DNA of 64,000 bases from Clostridia bacterium (GTDB lineage: Bacteria > Bacillota > Clostridia > Oscillospirales > CAG-272), in the NCBI GenBank assembly GCA_017464805.1, contig JAFTYE010000016.1, forward strand, positions 180,167-244,166, read 5' to 3'. Of this stretch, positions 42,704-50,660 are shown in pieces. Below the pieces are notes generated by a model. That model ran no database searches and was not told where the DNA came from. It saw only the letters and a list, made by a program, of their open reading frames with translations. Numbering within the stretch: the first letter of the stretch is position 1; each line of letters opens with the position of its first letter. The translations under genes were made by a program, and so were the position numbers.

Positions 42704-42732
42704 ATTATAACGGTATTTGTCCTCTTTGTCAA
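42704..42732 (-). promoter_or_regulatory. perfect consensus sigma-A promoter TTGACA-17-TATAAT for the kinase gene
   Basis: Minus-strand -35 at 42732-42727 and -10 at 42709-42704. Confidence 0.65.
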
Positions 42733-42749
42733 ACAAATTTATAAAAACG

Positions 42750-42779
42750 TTGCAAAAGGGTGGAGAATTGTGATATAAT
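42750..42779 (+). promoter_or_regulatory. sigma-A promoter TTGCAA-18-TATAAT (TGn extended) for riboswitch-queT
   Basis: -35 at 42750-42755 and -10 at 42774-42779. Confidence 0.55.
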
Positions 42780-42800
42780 GAGATGTCGATTACCCGACGC

Positions 42801-42842
42801 GGTGAGTTCGAAACCATCCTCACCTAAAACAAAACTAAGGAG
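42801..42842 (+). promoter_or_regulatory. preQ1-I-type riboswitch (translational, SD-sequestering)
   Basis: GGUGAG-UUCGAAACCAUC-CUCACC hairpin followed by the A-rich tail UAAAACAAAACUAAGGAG. This has the same architecture as the 34-nt preQ1-I aptamers. The tail ends in the queT SD. Confidence 0.7.
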
Positions 42843-42852
42843 AATAGAACCC

Positions 42853-43344
42853 ATGAGAAACAAAGAACTTCGTAATGTTACCCTCGGTGCGATGGTAGCG
42901 GCACTCTACGTGCTACTTACCGTCCTGTCCAATGCCTTTGGCTTGGCAAACGGTGCTGTCCAGCTTCGTCTGTCGGAAATGCTGTGCGTTTTGCCCGCTT
43001 TCTTTCCCGCCGCGATCCCCGGGCTTTATCTTGGATGTATGGTTGCGAATTTTCTGACATCTGCCGCAATTTTTGATGTCTTTTTCGGTAGCATTGCCAC
43101 ATTGCTTGGTGCCATCGGTACATGCCTTTTGCGCCGCCGTCCCATTCTGTCCCTTCTGCCGCCCATCCTCTCGAACACTGTGATCGTTCCGATCGTCCTC
43201 GTGGTGGCGTACGGTCTGCCTGCTACCGTTCCTTCCATCCTGCTTTCCGCCCTCACGGTCTGCATTGGAGAGATGCTTTCCTGTGGTTCTCTAGGATTTT
43301 TTTTGATGAAAGTCATTAAAAAATACCTAATCTATACGAAATGA
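42853..43344 (+). CDS. queT: QueT-family queuosine-precursor transporter
   Basis: Polytopic small membrane protein (LGAMVAALYVLLTVLSNAFG...). AAGGAGA SD precedes the ATG at 42853. A preQ1 riboswitch lies upstream. Confidence 0.8.
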   Translation: MRNKELRNVTLGAMVAALYVLLTVLSNAFGLANGAVQLRLSEMLCVLPAFFPAAIPGLYLGCMVANFLTSAAIFDVFFGSIATLLGAIGTCLLRRRPILSLLPPILSNTVIVPIVLVVAYGLPATVPSILLSALTVCIGEMLSCGSLGFFLMKVIKKYLIYTK

Positions 43345-43354
43345 GGTAATTTCG

Positions 43355-44350
43355 ATGTACAAAGCAAACGACGCACGTTATGAATCCATGCCCTACCGTT
43401 ACAGTGGTGCAAGCGGCTTGAAGCTACCTGCCGTATCCCTCGGCTTCTGGCACAATTTCGGTACCAATGCCGATTATGCCAACATGAAGGCTATGTGCAA
43501 GACTGCCTTTGACAATGGCATCACGCACTTTGATCTGGCCAACAACTACGGTCCCGTCGCCGGTGCAGCGGAGGAAAATCTCGGGCGGATCATGCGTGAC
43601 GGCTTTGCCGGTTACCGTGACGAGCTGGTCATCAGCACCAAGGCGGGTTATTATATGTGGCCCGGCCCCTACGGCGAGTACGGTTCCCGTAAATATCTCA
43701 TTTCCAGCCTGGATGCCAGCTTGAAACGCATGGGGCTTCCTTACGTGGATATCTTCTACCATCACCGTATGGATCTCGAAACGCCTCTTGAGGAAACGAT
43801 GCTGGCACTGACGGATATCGTGCGCTCCGGAAAGGCTCTTTACATCGGTCTTTCCAACTATGACGGTGAACACATGAAGGCGGCCGCCGCCATTCTGCGT
43901 GAACTACATTGCCCCTTTATCATTAACCAGAACCGTTACTCGATCTTCGACCGCACCATTGAAAAAAACGGACTCCTTACTGCCGCCCGAGAGGAAAAGA
44001 AGGGAATTATCGCCTTCAGTCCGCTGGAGCAGGGGATGCTGACTGACCGTTACCTCAACGGTATTCCGGACGACAGCCGCGTCCGTACGGACGGTCGCTT
44101 CTTGCGTGAGGCCAGCCTCACCGAAGAAAAGATGAAGAAGATCCGCGCCTTGAATGAGATTGCGAAGCAGCGCGGTGAGAGCCTTGCCCGCATGGCACTC
44201 TCTTGGGTCATGCACACCGAGGGGCTCACCTCTGTCCTTGTCGGTGCCTCTCGCCCCGAGCAGATCCTTGACAATATTGCCATGACAACCGGCCCCGCCT
44301 TCACGGACGAGGAACTTTGTGCCATTGATGCCATTACCTTCGGTAAATAA
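43355..44350 (+). CDS. aldo/keto reductase (YghZ/Tas-like)
   Basis: GFWHNFG, THFDLANNYG and LYIGLSNY motifs. Confidence 0.88.
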   Translation: MYKANDARYESMPYRYSGASGLKLPAVSLGFWHNFGTNADYANMKAMCKTAFDNGITHFDLANNYGPVAGAAEENLGRIMRDGFAGYRDELVISTKAGYYMWPGPYGEYGSRKYLISSLDASLKRMGLPYVDIFYHHRMDLETPLEETMLALTDIVRSGKALYIGLSNYDGEHMKAAAAILRELHCPFIINQNRYSIFDRTIEKNGLLTAAREEKKGIIAFSPLEQGMLTDRYLNGIPDDSRVRTDGRFLREASLTEEKMKKIRALNEIAKQRGESLARMALSWVMHTEGLTSVLVGASRPEQILDNIAMTTGPAFTDEELCAIDAITFGK

Positions 44351-44445
44351 TGAAGAGATAAAACACGGCAGAATTTTGTTTTTTCCCTCTGAAAGCAGTT
44401 TTTAAAATCAAAAAGTAAAAAAACAAGAATTTTATGGATTTTACA

Positions 44446-44474
44446 TTGACACATATCGGCAAAAATGGTATGAT
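44446..44474 (+). promoter_or_regulatory. sigma-A promoter TTGACA-17-TATGAT (TGn extended)
   Basis: -35 at 44446-44451 and -10 at 44469-44474. Confidence 0.6.
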
Positions 44475-44521
44475 ATTCTAAACGAACAAAACAAATCGTC
44501 TATCGATAAAGGAGAATAATT

Positions 44522-45229
44522 ATGCGTATTCTGGCAATTGGCACTCATCCCGACGACGTTGAGATCGCTTGCTCCGGCACGCTTGCCAAGTGTGTCAAAA
44601 GGGGGGATACGGTCATCGTATGTCACGCATCCTCCGGCAATCTCGGTCACGTGGTCATTCCGCCTGATGAGTTGACCGTCATGCGCGCGGCAGAAGCCAA
44701 AAAGGCAGGCGCGATGGCAGGTATTGAGGTCATTTGGGGTGGCTTTGACGATCTGGAGATCTACGACAACAACAAGGAAGCACGCGACAAGATGGTCGAC
44801 GTGATCCGTTACGCTGATCCTGATGTGATTATCACCCACGACCCCGACGATTATATGCCCGACCACACTGCGGTTTCCCGCCTGGTTTTTGATGCCAGCT
44901 TCACCGCTACGCTCCCGAACTATCATACCTCGAAAACCAGCAACGCCGTGAAGCTCGTTCCCATCTTCTATATGGATACCCTTGCAGGTGTAGGCTTCAA
45001 CCCCACCCACTACGTTGACATCTCCGAGGAGATCGATCTGAAGATCAACATGCTGGAATGTCACGAGAGCCAGCTCGTCTGGATGCGTGAGCATGACGGT
45101 ATCGACTTCGCCGATATGGTGAAGACCTGCTCCCGCTATCGCGGCTATCAGTGTGGTGCCGAGTATGCCGAAGGCTTCCGTCAGTGCCAGGTGTATCTGA
45201 AGGGCACCACTGAACGTCTGTTACCCTGA
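44522..45229 (+). CDS. PIG-L/LmbE-family N-acetyl-sugar deacetylase
   Basis: ILAIGTHPDDVEIACSGT contains the HPDD zinc motif, and the downstream segment THDPDDYMPDH is also present. Confidence 0.85.
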   Translation: MRILAIGTHPDDVEIACSGTLAKCVKRGDTVIVCHASSGNLGHVVIPPDELTVMRAAEAKKAGAMAGIEVIWGGFDDLEIYDNNKEARDKMVDVIRYADPDVIITHDPDDYMPDHTAVSRLVFDASFTATLPNYHTSKTSNAVKLVPIFYMDTLAGVGFNPTHYVDISEEIDLKINMLECHESQLVWMREHDGIDFADMVKTCSRYRGYQCGAEYAEGFRQCQVYLKGTTERLLP

Positions 45230-45253
45230 AAATAAAAACAAAGGAGATATATC

Positions 45254-46198
45254 ATGGATTTTAATTCTACCGTAAAGGGCAGTATGCTCGAGGGCTTCTA
45301 TCCGAAGGGATGGGACATGGAAAAGATCGATGCCTGCTGCGACAACGCTCCCGAGGCTATTTTTGAGAAGCAGTCCTTCTGGAATAAGGACTTCACCCCC
45401 ATTCAGTGCGAGAACGTCGCCGAGTTCGACGTCAAGATGGGTCACGAGATTGCAAATGAGATCCGCCGCGCAAACGCAGAGGGTCGCAAGATCGCCTTCA
45501 TTCTGCCCGTAGGTCCTATGGGCATGTACAAGTGGGCCGTTTACTTCCTGAAGGAATGGAATGTGTCCTGCGCCAATGTCTGGTGCTTCAATATGGACGA
45601 GTGGGCAGACGGCGAGGGCAACACCATCACCGGTGAGGCCTCCTTCCAGAGCGCTATGGAAAACGCTTTCTACAATCCTCTGGGCGAGTTGACCGTTCCG
45701 AAGGATCACCGCAACTTCGCGACCAAGGACAATCTCCCCACCTATCCCGAGAAGATCGCCACCCTCAAGAAGGAAGGTGCAAAGCTCGTTCTGGTATATG
45801 GTATCGGCCGCATGTGCCATATCGCATTCTGGGAGCCCATGATCGGTGCTGAGTTCGATAACGACGAGGATTGGCGCGCACAGCCCTATCGCATCGGTGT
45901 GCAGCTGCATCCCCTGACCATCGAGCAGAATGCCATCACCTCCTTCAAGAGCCGCACCACGCTGGTTCCTTGCCGTGCCAACACCATCGGTCCTGCTCTG
46001 ATGTTCTCGGCTGACTATGCCATCGGCGGTGCTGACGGTGCTCTCTCCCGTGGCATGCAATGGCAGGGTATGTCCCTATGGATGACCCTTCGCTACGGTC
46101 CGACACGCTTCATCACCTCCACCTACATCCCGACCCTGCCCGGTAAGCTCTTCTTCCTGCGCGAGCTGGCTGGTCCCCTTTGCCCCGAGGCAAACTAA
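45254..46198 (+). CDS. glucosamine-6-phosphate deaminase/isomerase-like (NagB superfamily) protein, atypically long
   Basis: FILPVGPMG and FNMDEW match NagB segments. It has an N-terminal extension of about 60 aa. Confidence 0.7.
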   Translation: MDFNSTVKGSMLEGFYPKGWDMEKIDACCDNAPEAIFEKQSFWNKDFTPIQCENVAEFDVKMGHEIANEIRRANAEGRKIAFILPVGPMGMYKWAVYFLKEWNVSCANVWCFNMDEWADGEGNTITGEASFQSAMENAFYNPLGELTVPKDHRNFATKDNLPTYPEKIATLKKEGAKLVLVYGIGRMCHIAFWEPMIGAEFDNDEDWRAQPYRIGVQLHPLTIEQNAITSFKSRTTLVPCRANTIGPALMFSADYAIGGADGALSRGMQWQGMSLWMTLRYGPTRFITSTYIPTLPGKLFFLRELAGPLCPEAN

Positions 46199-46210
46199 CA
46201 AATATGCAGA

Positions 46211-46245
46211 ATCCCCCGACCGAACGGTCGGGGGATATCTTTTTC
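46211..46245 (+). terminator. Rho-independent terminator
   Basis: TCCCCCGACCG-AA-CGGTCGGGGGA followed by a T-tract. Confidence 0.85.
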
Positions 46246-46286
46246 CGAAAAATAAATTATGCAAATCGGTAAAGTAAAATAAGGGC

Positions 46287-46315
46287 TTGTTTTTTTGTTT
46301 TGTCTGCTTTATAAT
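46287..46315 (+). promoter_or_regulatory. sigma-A promoter TTGTTT-17-TATAAT
   Basis: -35 at 46287-46292 and -10 at 46310-46315. It lies inside the track's N-terminal extension of the next ORF. Confidence 0.55.
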
Positions 46316-46332
46316 GATAGTGCTGATAGTGC
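46315..46332 (+). repeat. tandem direct repeat TGATAGTGC x2 at the TSS
   Basis: Two exact adjacent 9-mers begin at the last base of the -10 box. Confidence 0.6.
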
Positions 46333-46358
46333 AATTTGCTTTTGGAAGGAGCACGCTT

Positions 46359-47210
46359 ATGGAAACTCGTTGGATGTATCACACCACCGCCACTCTCCCG
46401 GAGATCATGGAGGCTTCAAAGGGAACCTGCATCATTCCCATTGGATGCGTGGAAAAGCACGGTCTGCACATGCCCCTCGGTACGGATATCATGGCGGCAA
46501 GCCACACGGTCTACCTCGCCTCGCAGATTGAACCTGTGTGCGTGTTTCCCGATTTCATCTTCGGTGCGGTCCCCGCACGAGATAAGGATCATAACCTAGG
46601 ATCGCTGACACTCCCGCTTGCCACACTTTTGACTCTTCTTGAGCAGCTTTGTGATCAGATCTCGCTCAACGGCTTCAAAAAGATCCTGCTTTACAACGGC
46701 CACGGCGGTAACTGTGCGTGGATCTCAGCCTTCTTGCAGGACATCGACAACCGCAACAAGGATTATGTCGTAGCCGCGATTACCGTAGAGGAAGAGGCCC
46801 CCTTCAAAATGGCGGACTACATTCTCAAAAACGGTTCCGGCTCTATCCCCGAGTTAACCCCCGAGGACGAAGCAGATCTTCTGAAATGCAAGGAACTCAA
46901 CGTTGTATATGGTCATGCCTGCTACGGTGAGGCAGCGGTCATGATGGGCATGCACCCCGAGCTGATGCGTTATGATCTCTTGGGTAAGGAAAGCGGTGTC
47001 CATACCCATGATTCCGACGTTTACAATGCGGTCGATCTTCAGCTCCGCGATGGCGGATGGTGGTTGGAGTTTCCGAACGCCTATGCAGGGGAATTTCCCG
47101 TTTATCCGAACGAGCGTATCGGTCGCGCCGCCGTTCGCATGGCGGCGGAACGCATTGCACGCGCCGTGAAGGTATTCAGGGACGACGAAAGGCTTTCGGC
47201 AAAGATTTAA
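46359..47210 (+). CDS. creatininase-family amidohydrolase
   Basis: GCVEKHGLHMPLGTD matches the family ExHGxHLPxxTD motif. AAGGAG SD precedes the ATG at 46359. Confidence 0.82.
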   Translation: METRWMYHTTATLPEIMEASKGTCIIPIGCVEKHGLHMPLGTDIMAASHTVYLASQIEPVCVFPDFIFGAVPARDKDHNLGSLTLPLATLLTLLEQLCDQISLNGFKKILLYNGHGGNCAWISAFLQDIDNRNKDYVVAAITVEEEAPFKMADYILKNGSGSIPELTPEDEADLLKCKELNVVYGHACYGEAAVMMGMHPELMRYDLLGKESGVHTHDSDVYNAVDLQLRDGGWWLEFPNAYAGEFPVYPNERIGRAAVRMAAERIARAVKVFRDDERLSAKI

Positions 47211-47211
47211 G

Positions 47212-48429
47212 ATGAGAAGATACACGATCGAAGAATTGATGAGCCGCCTTGGCTGTGAAAAATGGCCCGCACGGTGGAAGGAATTTTATAGTGAGGTTGC
47301 AGAGAAGCAGGAAAAAGAGGGACATGCTCTCCTTGATCCAGCCTATTACGACGAGCTGCATGAAAAGTATCGCGTTCTGCCTACCTACAAGGAGCTTTAT
47401 AAGCGGACAGCCGTGAAGATCTCTGAAAGCGCAGAGCTTTCCTTATTCTTTGCGCTCCTGTGCCGGGCACTTCGGGACAGGGCGGTGATCGAAGAGGATC
47501 TTTCTAATCTTGATATGCCACAACCGCAAAGGGGACCGGATGCCGAAGCTTGCCGTGTCCTTCCCGGCCTTGCGATTTGTCAGTCTATCCCCGATGTTTA
47601 TAAAACAATGAAAAAACGCCGCGTTCCAGACGATATTCTCTATCCCTCTTTGCGTGTAGCAGAGGCCGGCGTGGACTTCTACATGGCGCGTCATAATGGG
47701 GAAGCGGGCTATTCCAATTTTGGTTGGTGGCAGCGTGCCTACGACGCCACAATCTACAATGTCGGCAGATTGGAGCTGGAATTGCCGCGTGAATTTCCGA
47801 ACACTTATGCCGTTTATCAAAACAAGGACGGTGCTACCGTTGTATTTGCCAAGGGAATGAAGCTCCATCGAGACGGATTCGCCATCGGATCCTATCTGTA
47901 TGAGGACGAAAAGGGCGCGTGGACGCCGACCTTTGAGGAAACCGAGGATCACTACGTCGGTCATCCGTTCCTTGAAAGCGGATACGTCAGCCGTGAAAGG
48001 ATCACGCTTTCCAAAAAAGAATGGCATCCTGTTCTTGTGGGCGGTGATCCCGTCGTAGGACTTCACATTCCCGCAGGCGGAGGCCTTTCCGACGAGGCCG
48101 TTGAAACTTCCTTTAAAAAAGCCCGATCGTTTCTGAAGACCTGTTTTCCGGAATACTCATACAAGGCATTTACCTGTGCCAGCTGGCTGATCGATCCCCA
48201 ACTTGTAGACATACTCGGCGTGGATTCAAACATCTCGAAATTTTGCAGTCGTTTTACGCCCATGTGCATGAAGAGCGCGGCGCGCGGCGTGTTCACGTTT
48301 ATATTTAGACAAGCAGATGAGAATTTTGAAATTCGTGATCTTCCCGAAAATTCACGCTTGGAGCGAGGCTTGAAAAACCATTACTTAAACGGAAAGGCCA
48401 TCTATGAAATGTACGGCTTTTTCTTGTAA
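47212..48429 (+). CDS. hypothetical protein, possibly an N-acyltransferase-like two-domain protein
   Basis: It starts 1 nt after the creatininase stop, so the two are coupled. The assignment is only from recollection of similar 400-aa 'acyltransferase domain-containing' proteins, and no catalytic motif was verified. Confidence 0.55.
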   Translation: MRRYTIEELMSRLGCEKWPARWKEFYSEVAEKQEKEGHALLDPAYYDELHEKYRVLPTYKELYKRTAVKISESAELSLFFALLCRALRDRAVIEEDLSNLDMPQPQRGPDAEACRVLPGLAICQSIPDVYKTMKKRRVPDDILYPSLRVAEAGVDFYMARHNGEAGYSNFGWWQRAYDATIYNVGRLELELPREFPNTYAVYQNKDGATVVFAKGMKLHRDGFAIGSYLYEDEKGAWTPTFEETEDHYVGHPFLESGYVSRERITLSKKEWHPVLVGGDPVVGLHIPAGGGLSDEAVETSFKKARSFLKTCFPEYSYKAFTCASWLIDPQLVDILGVDSNISKFCSRFTPMCMKSAARGVFTFIFRQADENFEIRDLPENSRLERGLKNHYLNGKAIYEMYGFFL

Positions 48430-48435
48430 AAGCAG

Positions 48436-48473
48436 CAGAAAACCCACGGCAGAACATCTGCCGTGGGTTTTCT
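48436..48473. terminator. bidirectional Rho-independent terminator
   Basis: AACCCACGGCAGA-ACA-TCTGCCGTGGGTT with A/T flanks. Confidence 0.85.
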
Positions 48474-48481
48474 GCATTTTG

Positions 48482-49351
48482 TCATTCGCGCAGATACTGC
48501 GCACGGCGATAGTTGCCAGGCGAGCAGCTCTTGAAGCGGCGGAAGGTGCGGTTAAAGTAGGACACCGTCGAGAAACCGACTTCCATGGAAATATCAAGAA
48601 TGGGTTTTTCGGATCGGTTGAGCAGCTTTTCCGCATTGTAGATACGAACGAAGTTTAAGTATTCGATGAAGGTGTTGCCGGTTGCCGCCTTGAACTGTCG
48701 GCAGAAATACCCCTCGCTGAGTCCGCAAAGGGAGCTGAGCGCGGACAGGGGGATATCCTCGGCATAATGCTCGTCGATGTAAGACAGGGCGGGCAACACC
48801 TTTTCGATAGAACGGTTGTGAATGCCTGTTTCAACATTTTGCAAAATGCCCTCGCGGTAGAGATATCCGAGGATTAGATAAACGTAACCCCGCAGGCGGA
48901 TGTTGTAGAAGGGGGCGTTCTCCTCGCGCTCCTTCGATAATTGCCACACGTATTCAAAAAATGCACCGTCGTCATCTGCACGTCGGATTACGCGGATCGG
49001 ACACTCGCTTGCGTTGCTCAAAAAGCGGGCGAGGTGCCGCAGGGGACGGTTTTCATGCGGTAGCTCCAAAAAGGCATCCGCGCGGAACTGCAAGAGCACG
49101 GTGTCGGACATCGGTGGATCGTCCTGTGTGCCGTGGGGAATGCGAGAGTTGACAAATACCACGTCCCCCTCGGAAAGTACGTATTCTTTTTCATTCACAT
49201 AAACACGCTTGATCCCCTTTGCTACAGCAATAATCTCAATCTCGTCGTGAAAATGAAGGTGGCACACAGAGGGTTTCGTGCGGGTATTGCAGGAATGCCC
49301 TACATGCAAAGGCATCTCGGGTACGTTTGATTTTACAAGCTCGTTATACAT
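48482..49351 (-). CDS. AraC-family transcriptional regulator (cupin + HTH)
   Basis: Cupin segment HFHDEIEIIAV...GDVVFVNSRIPHG and HTH segment FIEYLNFVRIYNAEKLL...GFSTVSYFNRTF. The start is uncertain. The ATG at 49351 gives 289 aa and leaves room for divergent promoters. The track start at 49459 would bury the neighbour's -10 box. Confidence 0.8.
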   Translation of the reverse strand: MYNELVKSNVPEMPLHVGHSCNTRTKPSVCHLHFHDEIEIIAVAKGIKRVYVNEKEYVLSEGDVVFVNSRIPHGTQDDPPMSDTVLLQFRADAFLELPHENRPLRHLARFLSNASECPIRVIRRADDDGAFFEYVWQLSKEREENAPFYNIRLRGYVYLILGYLYREGILQNVETGIHNRSIEKVLPALSYIDEHYAEDIPLSALSSLCGLSEGYFCRQFKAATGNTFIEYLNFVRIYNAEKLLNRSEKPILDISMEVGFSTVSYFNRTFRRFKSCSPGNYRRAQYLRE

Positions 49352-49479
49352 AATCCTCAACAAGTCATAATTGTACAAGTTTTTTGCAAAATTGGGGTAG
49401 TATTCCGATTTTGCATCTTTTATAATGATTATAGCATGTGTTCCCATAAAAATCAACAATTTTTTTTTTGGAGGTAACT

Positions 49480-50652
49480 ATGGCAGACAAGAGAGTAGCC
49501 GGTCTTGACGCATTCAAGACCAATCAGGAGGAAAAAACAATTGACACCGCAAAGGTTTTGCGTGTCGGCATCATCGGTACTGGATGGATTGCCGGCTCGC
49601 ACATGCAGCAGTATGAAAAAATGCCTGATGTCAAAATCGTGGCACTGGCCGATATCGTTCCCGGAAAGGCCAAGGCTTTTGCGGAAAAGTGGGGGCTCAC
49701 TGATTGCACTTGCTATGAGTCGCATACCGCGATGCTGGACAGTGAAGAGCTTGACGCGGTCAGCATCTGTACATATAACTGCACGCACGCGGAGTGTACC
49801 ATCTATGCGTTGGAGAAGGGTGTTAACGTTCTGCTTGAAAAACCACTGTGCGTGACCACCGAGGAGGCGGTTGATATCTGCCGCGCCGAAAAGAAGAGCG
49901 GCAAGATCCTGTCAATCGGCTTCCAGCCCCGTTGCGATGCCAACATGAAAATGGTCAAGAAGATCGTTCAGTCGGGTGAGCTTGGTCAGATCTATTACAT
50001 CCAGACGGGTGGCGGCAGAAGAAAGGGAATTCCCACTCCCTTTGGCACTACCTTTATTGAAAAGGAAACGGGCGGTGTCGGTGCGCTGGGTGACATCGGC
50101 TGTTATTCCTTGGATATGGTGCTCAATGCTCTGGGTTATCCGAAGCCCCTGACCGTATCGGGCTACAGGTCTGCCTTCTTCGGTCAGAACCCCGAATATT
50201 TTATCGCACAGGGCAAGCCTGCCGAATATGCAAGTCTTTTCGGCGTTGATGATTTCGGTGCGGGCTTCATCCGTCTGGAGGGCGGCATCATTCTCGACTT
50301 CCGTATCGCGTGGGCTATGCACCTGGACACCCCTGGTGATACCATCATCATGGGTACCAAAGGCTCGCTCCGCATTCCGTCCACTGATTGTTGGAACGGC
50401 TCGATCGGCGGTCCGCTCAAGATCTACCACGAGGTGGCAGGCAACTCTGTTTGCACAGAGATCCCGATGCTCCCCAGCGACGGAAACAAAAACTTCTATG
50501 ACAAGATCCGCCTCTTCCTTGATGCAGTCAAGAATGGCGGCACTGCCCCCGTACCGACCAGTGAGATCCTCTACAACCAGGCGATCATTGACGGTATCGT
50601 GAGAAGTGCCGAGCTTGGTCACGAGATCGAGATCGACATCCCAGAAATTTGA
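49480..50652 (+). CDS. Gfo/Idh/MocA-family NAD(P)-dependent oxidoreductase
   Basis: Rossmann motif LRVGIIGTGWIAGSH and EKPL. GGAGG SD precedes the ATG at 49480. Confidence 0.88.
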   Translation: MADKRVAGLDAFKTNQEEKTIDTAKVLRVGIIGTGWIAGSHMQQYEKMPDVKIVALADIVPGKAKAFAEKWGLTDCTCYESHTAMLDSEELDAVSICTYNCTHAECTIYALEKGVNVLLEKPLCVTTEEAVDICRAEKKSGKILSIGFQPRCDANMKMVKKIVQSGELGQIYYIQTGGGRRKGIPTPFGTTFIEKETGGVGALGDIGCYSLDMVLNALGYPKPLTVSGYRSAFFGQNPEYFIAQGKPAEYASLFGVDDFGAGFIRLEGGIILDFRIAWAMHLDTPGDTIIMGTKGSLRIPSTDCWNGSIGGPLKIYHEVAGNSVCTEIPMLPSDGNKNFYDKIRLFLDAVKNGGTAPVPTSEILYNQAIIDGIVRSAELGHEIEIDIPEI

Positions 50653-50660
50653 GGTGTGAT

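Noticed and set aside
49460-49469. T10 homopolymer immediately upstream of the Gfo/Idh/MocA SD, considered as a phase-variation tract.
   Set aside because: It lies in the 5' UTR, not in the promoter spacer or coding region. Length changes would not alter -35/-10 spacing or the reading frame.
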